In this document: positions 14,560 through 28,689 of the stretch, in pieces
Layout: every line of letters starts with the position of its first letter
Position numbering within the stretch: position 1 is the first letter of the stretch
Assembly: GCA_964016885.1 (NCBI GenBank)
Contig: OZ024754.1
Coordinates: 26,350,001-26,414,000, forward strand
Length of the DNA stretch: 64,000 nucleotides
Origin: Eledone cirrhosa
Lineage: Eukaryota
Direction: 5' to 3'
Position numbers and translations under genes: made by a program
Notes under the pieces: generated by a model
Databases searched by the model: none
What the model was told of the DNA's origin: nothing
What the model saw: only the letters and a program-made list of their open reading frames with translations

Positions 14560-15430
14560 ATTAAAGTAAAAAATAGTTAATATATTAATTTCTAATGTGT
14601 ATACTACTTAGGTTTATAATATTTAAAGCGGAATTTTGAAGTTAAACAGTAGTAGAGTATTAATTATAGCATAACTAAATTAAAAATATTAACATGATGG
14701 TATCAATTTTAGGAAATGAATTTTGTAATAGGGAAAGCCAAATCAAGTATTTCATCGGTAGTAGAATATTAATTATAGGTTAACTAAATTAAAAATTATA
14801 TATTAATTTCTATAGTATATGTTAATTAGGTTTATAATAATTAAAGCAAATTTTGTATTTTATCTATAGTAGAATATAATTATAGGTTAACTAAAATTAA
14901 AAATATATTTATTTGTAAAGAATATATTAATTAGGTATATATTTAAAAGTTTTTCTCAGTTTATGATTACTTGATATTCTGCAATCCATCTGTATTAGAA
15001 TTTTAATTTTAAGCTAACTAAATTAAAATTATAGGTTAACTAAATTAAAATTAATTTATAAATTAATTTCTAAATTGTACATTAATTAGGTTTATAATAT
15101 TAAAAAGTATTTCTCTGTTATTGATTACACGATATTTTGTTATATTTCATCTATAAAGGAATTTTAATAAAAGGTTAAATAAACTAAAATTAATCTATAA
15201 ATTAATTTCCAAAGTATATATTAATTATGTTAATAATATTTAAAAGTTTTTCACAGTTTATGATTACACAATATTTTTTAAAATTTCATCTGTAGTAGAA
15301 TTTTAATTAAATTAAAATTATAGGTTAACTACATTTAAATTAATTTATATATTAATTTCTAAAATATATATTATTTATTAGGTTTATAATATTTAAATGT
15401 TTTTCTCAGTTTATGATTACACGATATAAT
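14560..15430 (-). repeat. Degenerate ~130-150 bp tandem repeats derived from the end of the PLE ORF
   Basis: tttataatatttaaa.gtttttctcagtttatgattacacgata recurs near 14940, 15090, 15235 and 15385. Confidence 0.7.
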
Positions 15431-17291
15431 TAATTCCTGTCGCTTATTTAATAGGATATCCTTAGATTTAATTATTTCAAATAGTTCTTGGGAACACAAT
15501 CTACATTCATTTCTATTATTTTGATAAGTGGTGGCTCTTTTGAGCACACTCCAGGTCATATCATATTCTATATTCTTATTTCTATAACTATTAATTTTTT
15601 CTGCTAGAGATGTTGTATTAGCCAGTGCGGCATTTTTAAAACTATGTATGTGGGTATTAAACCTTACCTTAAAATTGTTAGAAGTAGCTCCTATATATGA
15701 GCAAATAGAATCTTTAGTTTTAACTTTACATTTATAAACTATGTTGTTAACAAGACAATTTCCTTTTAATGGGCAGTTTGCTTTGTTTCTACAGTTACAA
15801 CCTTTCGTTAATTCTGTATTTGAGGAGATATTATGGTTAGTTTGATGTATTGGTGGTATACTTATGTTTTTTTTTACATTTATATGCATTATAGGCACTT
15901 ATATTTTGTTTTATATTTTTGGTTGTTGAGTATGAGAATTTAACTGTTGATCTATTTAAGATTTGATGGTATTTGTGGTTTGGCGGGAAGTTTTTCTCTA
16001 GGATATTAAAAAATTTTTTTGCAATATTATCCTTAATTTGTAAATTAAATGGAGCATTATACCAAGTAACTCGTCTATTACCGTTTCTATGTTGTTTATT
16101 GTTTTTATAGGATGGATCGTGATGTTTACTAGGAGGATTAATGTTAATGACCTCACCACGCACATTTTTAGTTAGATTTATTGATTTAGGTGTTTTAGCT
16201 TGTTTATTAGGAGTTTTATTATTAACATTTATTAGAGTTGTATGATGAGTAGTTTTTTGAGAGTTACTATACGTTATATTAGAGGAGTTAGAGAAATTTG
16301 GTTTTATGTTGGTATTTTGGGGTATAGTGTGAGTGGCATTTAGGTGTGTACTTTTCATTTGGTGTTTGTTGGTAATATTAGGTTGTATATTTATAGTGTT
16401 ATTAGTAGAAGGTATATATTCCAATCTATTTTTGTGGCCACTTCTATCTAGAGCTTCGTTATAGAAGGTCGCATTTTTATCAAATACATCTTGGTTAGAC
16501 GAAAGGTTAGAAATTCTAAGTGATATATTATATGCAAGGTTTTTAAGGATAGATTTAGGGTGATTAGATTGTGAGTGTATGTAGTGTAAGTTTTGGTTGG
16601 GTTTATGGTAAGGTTGGTAGATACCCGTAGCTAAGTCTAAAGTTATATCTAGGAAATTAACTACTTTACTTGTGTTTTCAAAAGTAATATGAAGACTATA
16701 ATAGTCTTTAAGGAAAGTTCTAATAAGCTTTTTGTTTTTTTCTATTTCTGAGAGGCTAAGGTTGTTGGAAAGAAGAAGACAGTCATCACGATATAAACCA
16801 CCTTTAAGGTGGGGAAAAGAAGCATTTATGTTAAAAAGAAGAAAGAGGCCCACAAGATCGGTAATTTGGGCAGAATCGCTTGAACCCATAGTAATATCAA
16901 ATAGATTACTATATGTGTTTCTGGTCCAGTATTCATTCTGAAATTCAATAAGTGTTAGTCTAGCATGTGTGATAATATTAATGTCATCCAAAGTTAAGTT
17001 AGATCTATTTTTAGCAAATATCAAAGCTTTGTTCAGGAGTATAGGTGATATAGAAGAATAATAATTATCTATATCAAATTGTAGAAATGAAGCAGAAGAT
17101 TTACATCTAATATTTTTAAACCAGTTAATTACCTGGGAAGTGTTTTCCCAGAGTGGTAAATTAACATGTTTTCTTATTTGTGGGATGACTCTATCCAAAA
17201 TTTTTTTGCTAATTATTCCAATATCAGATTTGGAGGGACATATAAGTCTTATAGAAGGATTTGAGTTAAAAAGGTTCAGTTCTATCTTCAA
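15371..17291 (-). pseudogene. PLE RT plus GIY-YIG, 5'-truncated, one frameshift
   Basis: FDIDNYYSSI, ITMGSSDSAQ, LYRDD, VNFLDITL, WYNAP, CNCRNKANCPL, YIGAT, CRLC. Confidence 0.92.
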
Positions 17292-18062
17292 TATTTAGTT
17301 TATTCACTATGTTGTGTGTTTTGTTGTTGATGTTGATGGATTGCAGAATATCAAGTAATCATAAACTGAGAAAAACTTTTAAATATATACCTAATTAATA
17401 TATTCTTTACAAATAAATATATTTTTAATTTTAGTTAACCTATAATTATATTCTACTATAGATAAAATACAAAATTTGCTTTAATTATTATAAACCTAAT
17501 TAACATATACTATAGAAATTAATATATAATTTTTAATTTAGTTAACCTATAATTAATATTCTACTACCGATGAAATACTTGATTTGGCTTTCCCTATTAC
17601 AAAATTCATTTCCTAAAATTGATACCATCATGTTAATATTTTTAATTTAGTTATGCTATAATTAATACTCTACTACTGTTTAACTTCAAAATTCCGCTTT
17701 AAATATTATAAACCTAAGTAGTATACACCTTAGAAATTAATATATTAACTATTTTTACTTTAATTAACCTATAATTAATAGTCTACTTATATTAAAATGC
17801 ATAATTTAGCCTTCTTTCTTACATTTCCTAATACTGACACTACTATGTAAACACATATTATGATTTAAATGCAGATTAATATTCTATGTTCCTTGAAACC
17901 TATATTTACTATTTCCCACTAATAATTTTAATCCCCCCCCCCATAATTATTCGTATTTGTTAGCGTGGATGTATGTATGTGTATGTAAGTATGTATGTAT
18001 GTTTGTGTGTTTGTATGTGAGTATAAAAATACATATGTGCGCATGTAAATAAGTGTGTATGA

Positions 18063-18122
<60 letters not shown>

Positions 18123-18496
18123 ATATATATGTGTATGTATGTATGTGTATGTATATGTATTTGTAGAGATGTGTGTATGTATGTGTATATATGTGCATAA
18201 TTGTCTGACTGTGTGTATTTATTTATTTTTTTTATATATATATATATATGTATATATGTGTGTATATATATATATATATGTATATATATATGTATATATA
18301 TATATGTGTGTATGTATGTATATATACGTATATGTATGTGTGTGTGTATATATATGTGTGTATATATATGTGTGTATATATATATGTATATATATGTATA
18401 TATATATGTATGTGTATGTATGTGTGTATGTGTGGGTACATATATGTATATATGTGTGTTGTGAGTATGTGTGTATATATGTATGTGTGTGTATAT

Positions 18497-18571
<75 letters not shown>

Positions 18572-19175
18572 TGTGTATTTATATGTATGAGTATATGTTT
18601 TACTTGTTTATTTCTTTTATTATATTCCTTTTATTTCTAAATTTATAGATACATTTTTATAAATATGCTGAGTCTGACACCCTCCTTAATTACTTACTCC
18701 CTTACCTACTTTTAATTCTGCATCTAGATGTAAGTGTATGTGGCCGTGTTTATGTGTGCGCCTCAATATCCATATAGTTATAATAATAATATATACGTAT
18801 GTGTGTGTATATATGTGTGTGTGTGTTCGTGGGTATGTGTGTGTTTATGTATATATGCGTGTGTGTGTATGAATGTATGTATATCTGTGTATATATGTGT
18901 GTATATATGTATGTATATGTATGTATATTTTGTCTGTGGATTATAAACATACAGAGACATTAGCCCTGAATTTTTATATTTACATACACTTTTTCGACAT
19001 GCGTATGCATGTGAACATACATTTTTATTCATATCTGTGAACGAAGTTACTTGCATATATACACACACCTAACTGTATTTTCTTGATGAATTTTTATGTA
19101 TTTCATTGGTCTATTTAAAATCTGTTCCCAAACAGACCTGTAATTTTGAATTGTTGTTATTATCAATAAATATAC

Positions 19176-19318
19176 TTCATTATTTCTGAAGACAGCATAT
19201 ATATGTGTTGGTATGTATATTCTCTTTGATAGTTTGTATAATTTTGTACATAGATCTTTTGAATATGCATGCCAATTCTAACACATATATGTCCTAGAAA
19301 CGATCGTTAAATAATGAA
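19176..19318 (+). ncRNA. Hammerhead ribozyme with ~104-nt extended stem II (inverted arm copy)
   Basis: CTGAAGA 19186-19192, GAAA 19297-19300, 10-bp stem I. Confidence 0.65.
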
Positions 19319-19379
19319 CTTTTTTTGTTTAATATAAAGAACTGTTTCATTGTTTTATTCATTATTTTTTAAATATTTT

Positions 19380-19697
19380 ATATATATAGATATGTATTTA
19401 TATATATATATATATATAGATATGTATTTATATATATATATATATATAGATATGTATTTATATATATATATATATAGATATGTATTGATATATATATATA
19501 GATATGTATTTATATATATATATATATATAGATATGTATTTATATATATATATATATATAGATATGTATTTATATATATATATATATATAGATATGTATT
19601 TATATATATATATAGAGAGAGAGATATGTATTTATATATATATATATGTAGATATGTATTTATATATATATATATGTAGATATGTATTTATATATAT
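19380..19697. repeat. Minisatellite (tagatatgtatt(ta)n)
   Basis: About ten ~28-30 bp units. Confidence 0.9.
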
Positions 19698-20074
19698 TAG
19701 TTTAGCGAGGTTTTTTATATGAAATCGCGTGTCGAAACAGATATTGTTATACTTGGGGAGGGTCATATTTGCGTAATATTGCCAGAATTAATAACAGAAC
19801 ACACTCACTGTTTGGTTGGTTTTCGCTTCTCGCTGTCTTTTATATCTGCGATCTAACTTACTCGGTCCTCAATGTTGCCATTGACTGACCGACGGTCAAA
19901 AATAATACATATACAATATAGACACAAACACATATATATAGTTTACATAATTTACATAAATCTTTCGTTGCACCTCCACCTTATTTGCATACTCATCTTA
20001 ATAATTTGAAATATCTGACTTTTCTTCTCTTATCCCTTCACTATCCAAGGAAAACTTGAACCGTTAAGGTATCT

Positions 20075-20312
20075 TTTCTTGGTTATGTAAAAATTTATAA
20101 AACAAATTTTGTATTTTATCTGATGAAAGCGTACCAAAGTTTTGGTACCATTGAAATATATATAATAGAATAAATATGGTTTTATAAATATAGTTTCCAT
20201 TTATTTAATATCATTGAATATTATACTCCAGAAAACCTGTCGAGTGCTCTGAATCAGTTATAAAGATTTATATTTGTTGAATTACCAACAAATTGAATAT
20301 CCCTTTTGCTTA
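20075..20312 (+). mobile_element. Solo PLE pLTR fragment related to the 2.8-9.2 kb element
   Basis: Shares aaatatggttttataaatatagtttccatt and gagtgct..atcagttataa blocks. Confidence 0.75.
20112..20172 (+). ncRNA. Type I hammerhead ribozyme
   Basis: tattttat-CTGATGA-aagcgtaccaaagttttggtaccatt-GAAA-tatata-TA-atagaata. Confidence 0.7.
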
Positions 20313-20314
20313 TG

Positions 20315-20356
<42 letters not shown>

Positions 20357-20644
20357 AATAACGAAACGAAATTAAATTTCGTTTCGTTTGTAACTCACTT
20401 TTGTATGACTGACGCTTAAACAATTAAGTCAAAAATGTACATCTACATATGCATACTGAAATACTAGTGTGTATATGAATACACACACGTATACATATGT
20501 AGGTGTAACAAGTCTTTCACTGGTTGCTTTACTGTGAGCACCCAGCTATTCTGTATGTAAACACACAGACAAACCGGTTTTTAGAGTCATACTGGTTTTC
20601 GGGGGAACACCTTCCCTCTATTCTCCAGAAAGCCAGACAAGGAA

Positions 20645-20685
20645 TATTGAACTAGTTTCGTTGTTGTTACAACTCATCAGCAATA
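20645..20685 (-). ncRNA. Type I hammerhead ribozyme
   Basis: tattg-CTGATGA-gttgtaacaacaac-GAAA-ctag-TT-caata. Confidence 0.8.
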
Positions 20686-20803
20686 TTTACCTATCTACCG
20701 GCCCTTCTGGAGAATTGTAAAAGCACATATCGTTATATGCTTTTTCTATGAAAATTAGTAGTGGGCAGACTAATTTGCATAGAGTGATATATATATATAT
20801 AAA

Positions 20804-21251
20804 TATTAGAATTGGTGCTCTGAAATAGCGATATATATATGAATGTATATATAGTGTATTGCAAAATACACTGTATGCTTAATTAAAAGCATTTTGAAGA
20901 CCATACTCTATTGTTTTAAAATAGTGACAATGTCACTTATTTAAATTTTCAGCAAACAGGGGAGAAAAAAACTGACAGAGCTCTGTTTCGTACTTTTTGG
21001 TACTTATCAAAGCTGACTACCCTCCTGTTTGCTGAAAATTATGTGTGTTGGATTCTTATAAGTACCAAAAAGTACGAAACAGAACTCTGTCAGTTTATCT
21101 CCTCTGTTTGCTGAAAATTAAAGTAAGTGACATTGTCACTATTTTAAAACAATAGCGTATGGTCTTCAAAATGCTTTTAATTAACAATACAGTGTATTGC
21201 AAAATACACTATATATACATTTATATATATATCAGAGCACCAATTCTAATT
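20804..21251. repeat. Foldback element with ~200 bp inverted arms
   Basis: 20804-21007 and 21058-21251 are reverse complements with a few differences. Confidence 0.85.
20970..21014 (-). ncRNA. Hammerhead ribozyme, U3-A8 core variant
   Basis: agct-TTGATAA-gtaccaaaaagtac-GAAA-cagagctctg-TC-agtt. Confidence 0.75.
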
Positions 21252-21540
21252 TTCAATTTCTGCTGGACCGGCGACCGCTCTGTATAATCAGTTCCTGATT
21301 ATTACTGGAATTCTATATATATATATATATATAGAATATATATATATATATACAACGATATTAAATAAATGGAAACTATATTTATAAAACCATATTTATT
21401 CTATTATATATATTTCAAGGGTACCAATAAAATACAAAGTGTGTTTTATAAATTTTGACATAGCCAAGGAACATACCTCATCAGTTGAATTTTCCTTGGA
21501 AATTTTCCTATCCAAGGAAAATTCAACTGATAAGGTATGT

Positions 21541-21740
21541 NNNNNNNNNNNNNNNNNNNNNNNNNNNNNNNNNNNNNNNNNNNNNNNNNNNNNNNNNNNN
21601 NNNNNNNNNNNNNNNNNNNNNNNNNNNNNNNNNNNNNNNNNNNNNNNNNNNNNNNNNNNNNNNNNNNNNNNNNNNNNNNNNNNNNNNNNNNNNNNNNNNN
21701 NNNNNNNNNNNNNNNNNNNNNNNNNNNNNNNNNNNNNNNN
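21541..21740. other. Assembly gap (200 N)
   Basis: Run of N. Confidence 1.
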
Positions 21741-21812
21741 ATATAATATATATAAACTATATATATTATATATATAATATATATAATATATAATATATAT
21801 ATATATATTTAT

Positions 21813-21896
<84 letters not shown>

Positions 21897-22003
21897 ATAT
21901 ATATATATATATATAATATATATATATATAATATATAATATATATATATATATTTATATATATAATATATATATATTTATATATATATATATATATATAA
22001 TAT

Positions 22004-22048
<45 letters not shown>

Positions 22049-22053
22049 AATAT

Positions 22054-22085
<32 letters not shown>

Positions 22086-22096
22086 ATATATATATA

Positions 22097-22150
<54 letters not shown>

Positions 22151-22166
22151 AATATATATATATATT

Positions 22167-22197
<31 letters not shown>

Positions 22198-22198
22198 A

Positions 22199-22230
<32 letters not shown>

Positions 22231-22286
22231 AATATATATATATATAATATATATATATATATAATATATATATATATATATTTATG

Positions 22287-22317
<31 letters not shown>

Positions 22318-22342
22318 ATATATATATATATATATAATATAT

Positions 22343-22374
<32 letters not shown>

Positions 22375-22395
22375 ATATATATATATATATATAAT

Positions 22396-22427
<32 letters not shown>

Positions 22428-22472
22428 ATATATATATATATAATATATATATATATTTATATATATATAATA
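21741..22472. repeat. (TA)n microsatellite
   Basis: Nearly pure ta. Confidence 0.95.
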
Positions 22473-22940
22473 TTACGATATTAAACAAATGGAAACTATA
22501 TTTATAAAACCATATTTATTTCGTTATATATATTTCTGGGATATCATATTAAAAATATGGTATGCCTTCTTCAGACAAAATACAATATATAAGCTGTTTT
22601 ATAAATAATTTTGACATACCTTAGAATAATGCAACTTCCATTTAAAAAGTTGAGTTTAAATGGAAGTTGCATTATTTTTTAAATGGAAGTTGCATTATTC
22701 TAAGGTATGTCAAAATTATTTATAAAACAGCTTATATATTGTATTTTGTCTGAAGAAGGCATACCATATTTTTAATATGATATCCCAGAAATATATATAA
22801 CGAAATAAATATGGTTTTATAAATATAGTTTCCATTTGTTTAATATCGTAAACCTACTCCAAAAACTGTTGAGTGCTTTTATATCAGTTATAAAATATTT
22901 ACTCGTTGTAACCCAACAATTTTAAATAAATCTTTTGCAT
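22473..22940. mobile_element. Palindromic PLE pLTR mini-element with two outward-facing HHRs
   Basis: 22473-22646 is the inverse of 22678-22851. HHR motifs at 22517-22583 (-) and 22741-22807 (+). Confidence 0.85.
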
Positions 22941-23955
<1,015 letters not shown>

Positions 23956-23959
23956 ATAT

Positions 23960-26160
23960 ATTAAGAGAGTAAAACAAAGAAGCCTTCAATACATCAAAAG
24001 TTTTTATTAGCCGACAATGTTTCGTCCTATTAAGGACTCATCAGGGCAATTAAAACAACAAGAAGTAATATCGGCAGATACAAGCCGGAAGCTCCGAAGA
24101 ATATGGAGTGTACATACACTAAAGTCTTGCAAAAATATATAATAAAAATAAAAATAATAAAAATATATAATAAGAATAACTAAGGATGTATATAACATTA
24201 AGAACCATATTACAAATACAGTCCAAAGCAAATAACCTAAAGCTAAACAAAGGTGGTTATATAGAGCAGGAATTATATATAACACAATGTAATATAATAT
24301 AATACATTATAATAATATACCTTTACCAACATTAAAATTACAATAAAAATCAAAAGGTAGAATATGTACATGTATATATGTGCGCACACGCACACACACA
24401 CACACATACAACAATACGCACATCTATCTTCAACTACACAAATTAAACCTTATTAGGAGTTTGAATATAAAAATATAAAAATAAGCATGATAAGAGTGAA
24501 AATAATAATAATAATAATACCAATACATCTACCCAATATACATGAGGTAATAATATGATATAATTACAAGAAACACATATAATAAATAATAAACAATAAA
24601 ATTATATAATTCAATATAATAGATAATCCCCGGTTAATTTACACAAACAATATAGATGTCACAATAATAATATAATAATAATATGTTAACAATGTACTAA
24701 CATTTACAATAAACAATATATACAAATCGATTCATACTGGGTTACAGAGTAAATGAGGAAAACTAAATTATACAATACTCAAAAAACATTATGATGGTAC
24801 AGAAAAAAATTATGATGGTATAGAAAAAAATACAGACATCTTACATGATATATAAAGTTTAAATATCATAATGTTACGTATAATGAACAGTAAGTAATAA
24901 GGATCAATATTACAATATTACAAAAATACAGACATCTTACATGATATATAAAGTCTAAATATCATAATGTTACATATAATGAACAGTAAGTAATAGGATC
25001 AATATTACAATACAATATAATATAATATATTATATAAAATAAATTGACATAAAATAATATATAAATACTTATAATTACAAGGTTAGTAGACAGACATATG
25101 TGGATGTGTAAGTAAATGCCAGACAGTGAATAGTAATAGAATATAAAATATAGAATAAAATAAATAAATATAATCAACCGGAAATTACAAAACAAAAACA
25201 AATATATACATTTAGGTCTCACATGCGGTTAAGTAGTTAGGTAAAAACTAAGGAAAACAATCCCTGTAAATGACTCAAAACCCTATTTGATAAATTAATA
25301 TTAAAAATATTAAAACTATCCAATAAGGTAGTATAATATTAGCTATAGTTTAAGTCATTAAAGTTTATAAACTTTAATGTTTCGTTACAAATGTTTACAA
25401 AAAGGAATGAAATTTTTTACTATCATATACATAACGATATCCAAAAAACTGACTTAAGTAGAATTAAGGTAGGCTAATGGGGACAGAATTGAAGAAAATA
25501 TATGGAGGATGTAAATGATGGTGGTATACAAAAAGAACCTAAACTAAAAATAAGTTATGGAATATATCAGCTAATGGATACAATTTATACTACTAGAACC
25601 TATAGGTTTATAATAAAAGTAAGAATTAGAAATAGCGTGGGGGCAAGAAGAGAATATCTCAGACTTTCTATTAAGTAAGGATTCGCTAGAGAAAATTATA
25701 GAGTGTGTCTCGAGGATACAGAGATTACAAAATTTAGTATGTGTAGAAAGGTTATTAGAGCGTGCTACTAAACGCCAATTAAGGCTATATGGTATATTAG
25801 CCCCCTTAAGATCCCAGATATAGTGTGCTAAAGAAGTAGAATTCTTAAACTTAACATGTTTGAAATTAGAGATATGAGAACTAAACCTAGTCTTAAAAGT
25901 GTTAGATGTAGAGCCTATATAAGTTCTATTAGAGGAATTAGTTATAACTACACAAGCATAGACGATGTTCTTAGAGAGGCAGTTACCGTTTAAAGGGCAG
26001 TTAGCACTCACTCTACAGTTACACTTCCGGGTGCTATTGGTTGGCTGAAGTAGTGATGCATTACACGTAGGATTGCTATTAGATAAGGTCTGTTCTGGTG
26101 GTAAGGCATTTCCAGATCTGTTCAGACTAGTAGAATGTAGAGAGGAGAATCCATCCCTAA
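23960..26160 (-). mobile_element. Naiad-type PLE 3' fragment (GIY-YIG 25571-26030 plus long 3' UTR)
   Basis: KCNCRVSANCPLNGNCL, YIGST, CNLC, SSCPH; HHR at the far end. Confidence 0.85.
24004..24053 (-). ncRNA. Canonical minimal type I hammerhead ribozyme
   Basis: ttgcc-CTGATGA-gtccttaataggac-GAAA-cattg-TC-ggctaa; GUC triplet. Confidence 0.88.
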
Positions 26161-26550
26161 TTTATGTATATATATATAAATTTATATATATATGTATATA
26201 TATATATACATTTATGTATATATATATAAATTTATATATATATGTATATATATATATAAATATATATATATGTATATATATAAATTTATGTATATATATA
26301 TAAATTTATATATATATGTATATATATATATAAATATATATATATGTATATATATATATATAAATATATATATGTATATATAGAAGTGGTTACACAACAG
26401 TTAGTTCACCATACCGAGAACAATTGTTTCACCTTAGCGGATCCTCAGCTCGTAATGGACATGGTTATACGGATAACCACTTCTACCTAACTCGTCCCAT
26501 GGACTGAGTGCTCTACCACTACGGATATTACCTTCGAGTGTTCTACCACA

Positions 26551-26601
<51 letters not shown>

Positions 26602-26677
26602 AATATATATATATATATAAATATATATATATATATGTATATATATATAATTATATATATATGTATAATATATATGA

Positions 26678-27000
26678 AGGCGCATGGCTTAGTGGTTAGA
26701 GCAGTAGGCTTGCAATCGAAAGGTTGTGAGTTAAATTGTAGGACCGGGTGATGTGTTGTTTCCTTGAGCAAGACACCTTATTTCACGTTGCTCCAGTTGA
26801 AAATGAGTACCATCAATAGCTGGAGGTTTAACCCTGCGATGGACTGGCGTCCTGTCCAGGGGGGAGTCTTGTACTCTCAGTCGCTTCACGCCATGAAACC
26901 GGGATAAGCACCGGCCAAATGAGCTTTCTGGCATCAGACAGACTTTAGACTTACGGCCTGCTCGCCCAGCCAATGGGATGGCGTCATGGTATGGCTAAAA
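26678..27000 (+). mobile_element. tRNA-derived SINE (family B) with a conserved central domain
   Basis: ggcgcatggcttagtggttagagc A-box head, tccttgagcaagacac block, accctgcgatggactggcgtcctgtccagggg block. Confidence 0.75.
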
Positions 27001-27097
27001 CAGCACGTGCTGTGACCAGCGGCTCCAAATGGCACCCGACAGACTGGTCGGTCAAGATGATAAAGGTGATATATATATGTATATATATATAGATATA

Positions 27098-27132
<35 letters not shown>

Positions 27133-27147
27133 TTATATATATATATA

Positions 27148-27307
27148 TATGTTGATTTAAAACTGCACTATCCACAAGTGTTTTTAACCTTCATATCATG
27201 TCTTCCTATTTTATCTGATGAAAACACAAATGTTATTGCATGATGATATTTGTTTTTGAAATGCGCATAATAAAATACATGGAACTCTTTTAACCATCTT
27301 TTGATCT

Positions 27308-27315
<8 letters not shown>
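27148..27315 (+). mobile_element. Solo pLTR fragment of the 54-57.6 kb PLE family within (TA)n
   Basis: Near-identical to 55605-55775. Confidence 0.85.
27207..27277 (+). ncRNA. Type I hammerhead ribozyme
   Basis: tattttat-CTGATGA-long stem II-GAAA-tgcgca-TA-ataaaata. Confidence 0.8.
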
Positions 27316-27341
<26 letters not shown>

Positions 27342-27348
<7 letters not shown>

Positions 27349-27688
27349 TAAACGGAATAGAAAATGCTGACAAATTGTTCACAGTTGAAAAATGGTTTAA
27401 TTAGGAATAAAAGAGTATTAGTGATTGTATGGGTTAGTATTCAGTTGTGGTTTTAAGTTTTTAAGTTTTTACCGGTTGATTATGCAGATCAGAGCAAACA
27501 GCACGGACACTCTATCTCAAAATTATTTTTGAAAAGCATTTAGAAATGCGCAATGGGTAAAAACTTAAAAACTTAAAACCACAACTGAATACTAACCCAT
27601 ACAATCACTAATACTCTTTTATTCCTAATTAAACCATTTTTCAACTGTGAACAATTTGTCAGCATTTTCTATTCCGTTTACCAATATA
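27342..27688. repeat. Foldback with ~130 bp inverted arms
   Basis: 27342-27473 is the inverse of 27556-27688. Confidence 0.9.
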
Positions 27689-28369
27689 TAATAACTTGTG
27701 TGTTACACCTCTATTCTTTTAACTATATATATATTTCGTTTCTGAATTTGTTTAGCAAGATTCTTTATCTGAAATCGTGTGTTGAAACCGATATTGTTAT
27801 ACTTTGGGAGGGTCATGTTGCCAATAAGAAACACACGCACCAGTTGCTTTCACTTCAATTTATTATAATAAATTTATAATAAATTTATAAATTTATAAAT
27901 TTCTGGTTGGTTGGTTGGTTGGTTCCACAACCAGATAGTTGTTTATATATTGTCATAGTTCTTTCGTCACACACTCTGTGACCTCTTCAGTGACTGGGGA
28001 TTCCTTTCTTTGTTTCTGTGCCTCTCCTTTGTTCTGTCCTACGCCATTTTGTTTCTGTGTGTGTGTTGTGTGCTCAGTCTGCGCATGCGCCACATCCGGG
28101 TGTCTGTGTGTGTTTATGTTCATTTATTTATTTGTTTATTTACATGTTACTGGTTGGTTGTTTGTTCTATGTGTGTGTGTGTTTTCATTTTGTCCTTAAT
28201 TGTAAGTTGTGATGTTGCTGTTCCACTTATATATATGTATATATATGTATGTATATATATATGTATATATATATATATATATATATAAATATATATATAC
28301 GGCGTTTTGTGAATGATTTATTTTTTAGATGGAGCGCGTCTACCTGAAATGGGAAAAAAACCGCGTAAG

Positions 28370-28462
<93 letters not shown>

Positions 28463-28689
28463 TGTGTGTGTGTGTGTACGTCTGTACGAAGCTAAGAAGA
28501 AATGTGTGTGTATATGTGAGTAAAAGAGTGTGTGTGCATGTAAGTACGAAGCTATGAGCAAAAGTATGTTAATATAAGGGTGTGTGTGTGTGTGTATACA
28601 GAGCAGTGAAGGGAAAAGTGGAGTGAGCATATATATAGTCGGCCTGTATTAGCTGCAAGATGTTAATGATTAAGAGAAAGCGATAGGAA

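Noticed and set aside
26678-26750. tRNA gene
   Set aside because: The B-box is degenerate and the sequence continues into a SINE body.
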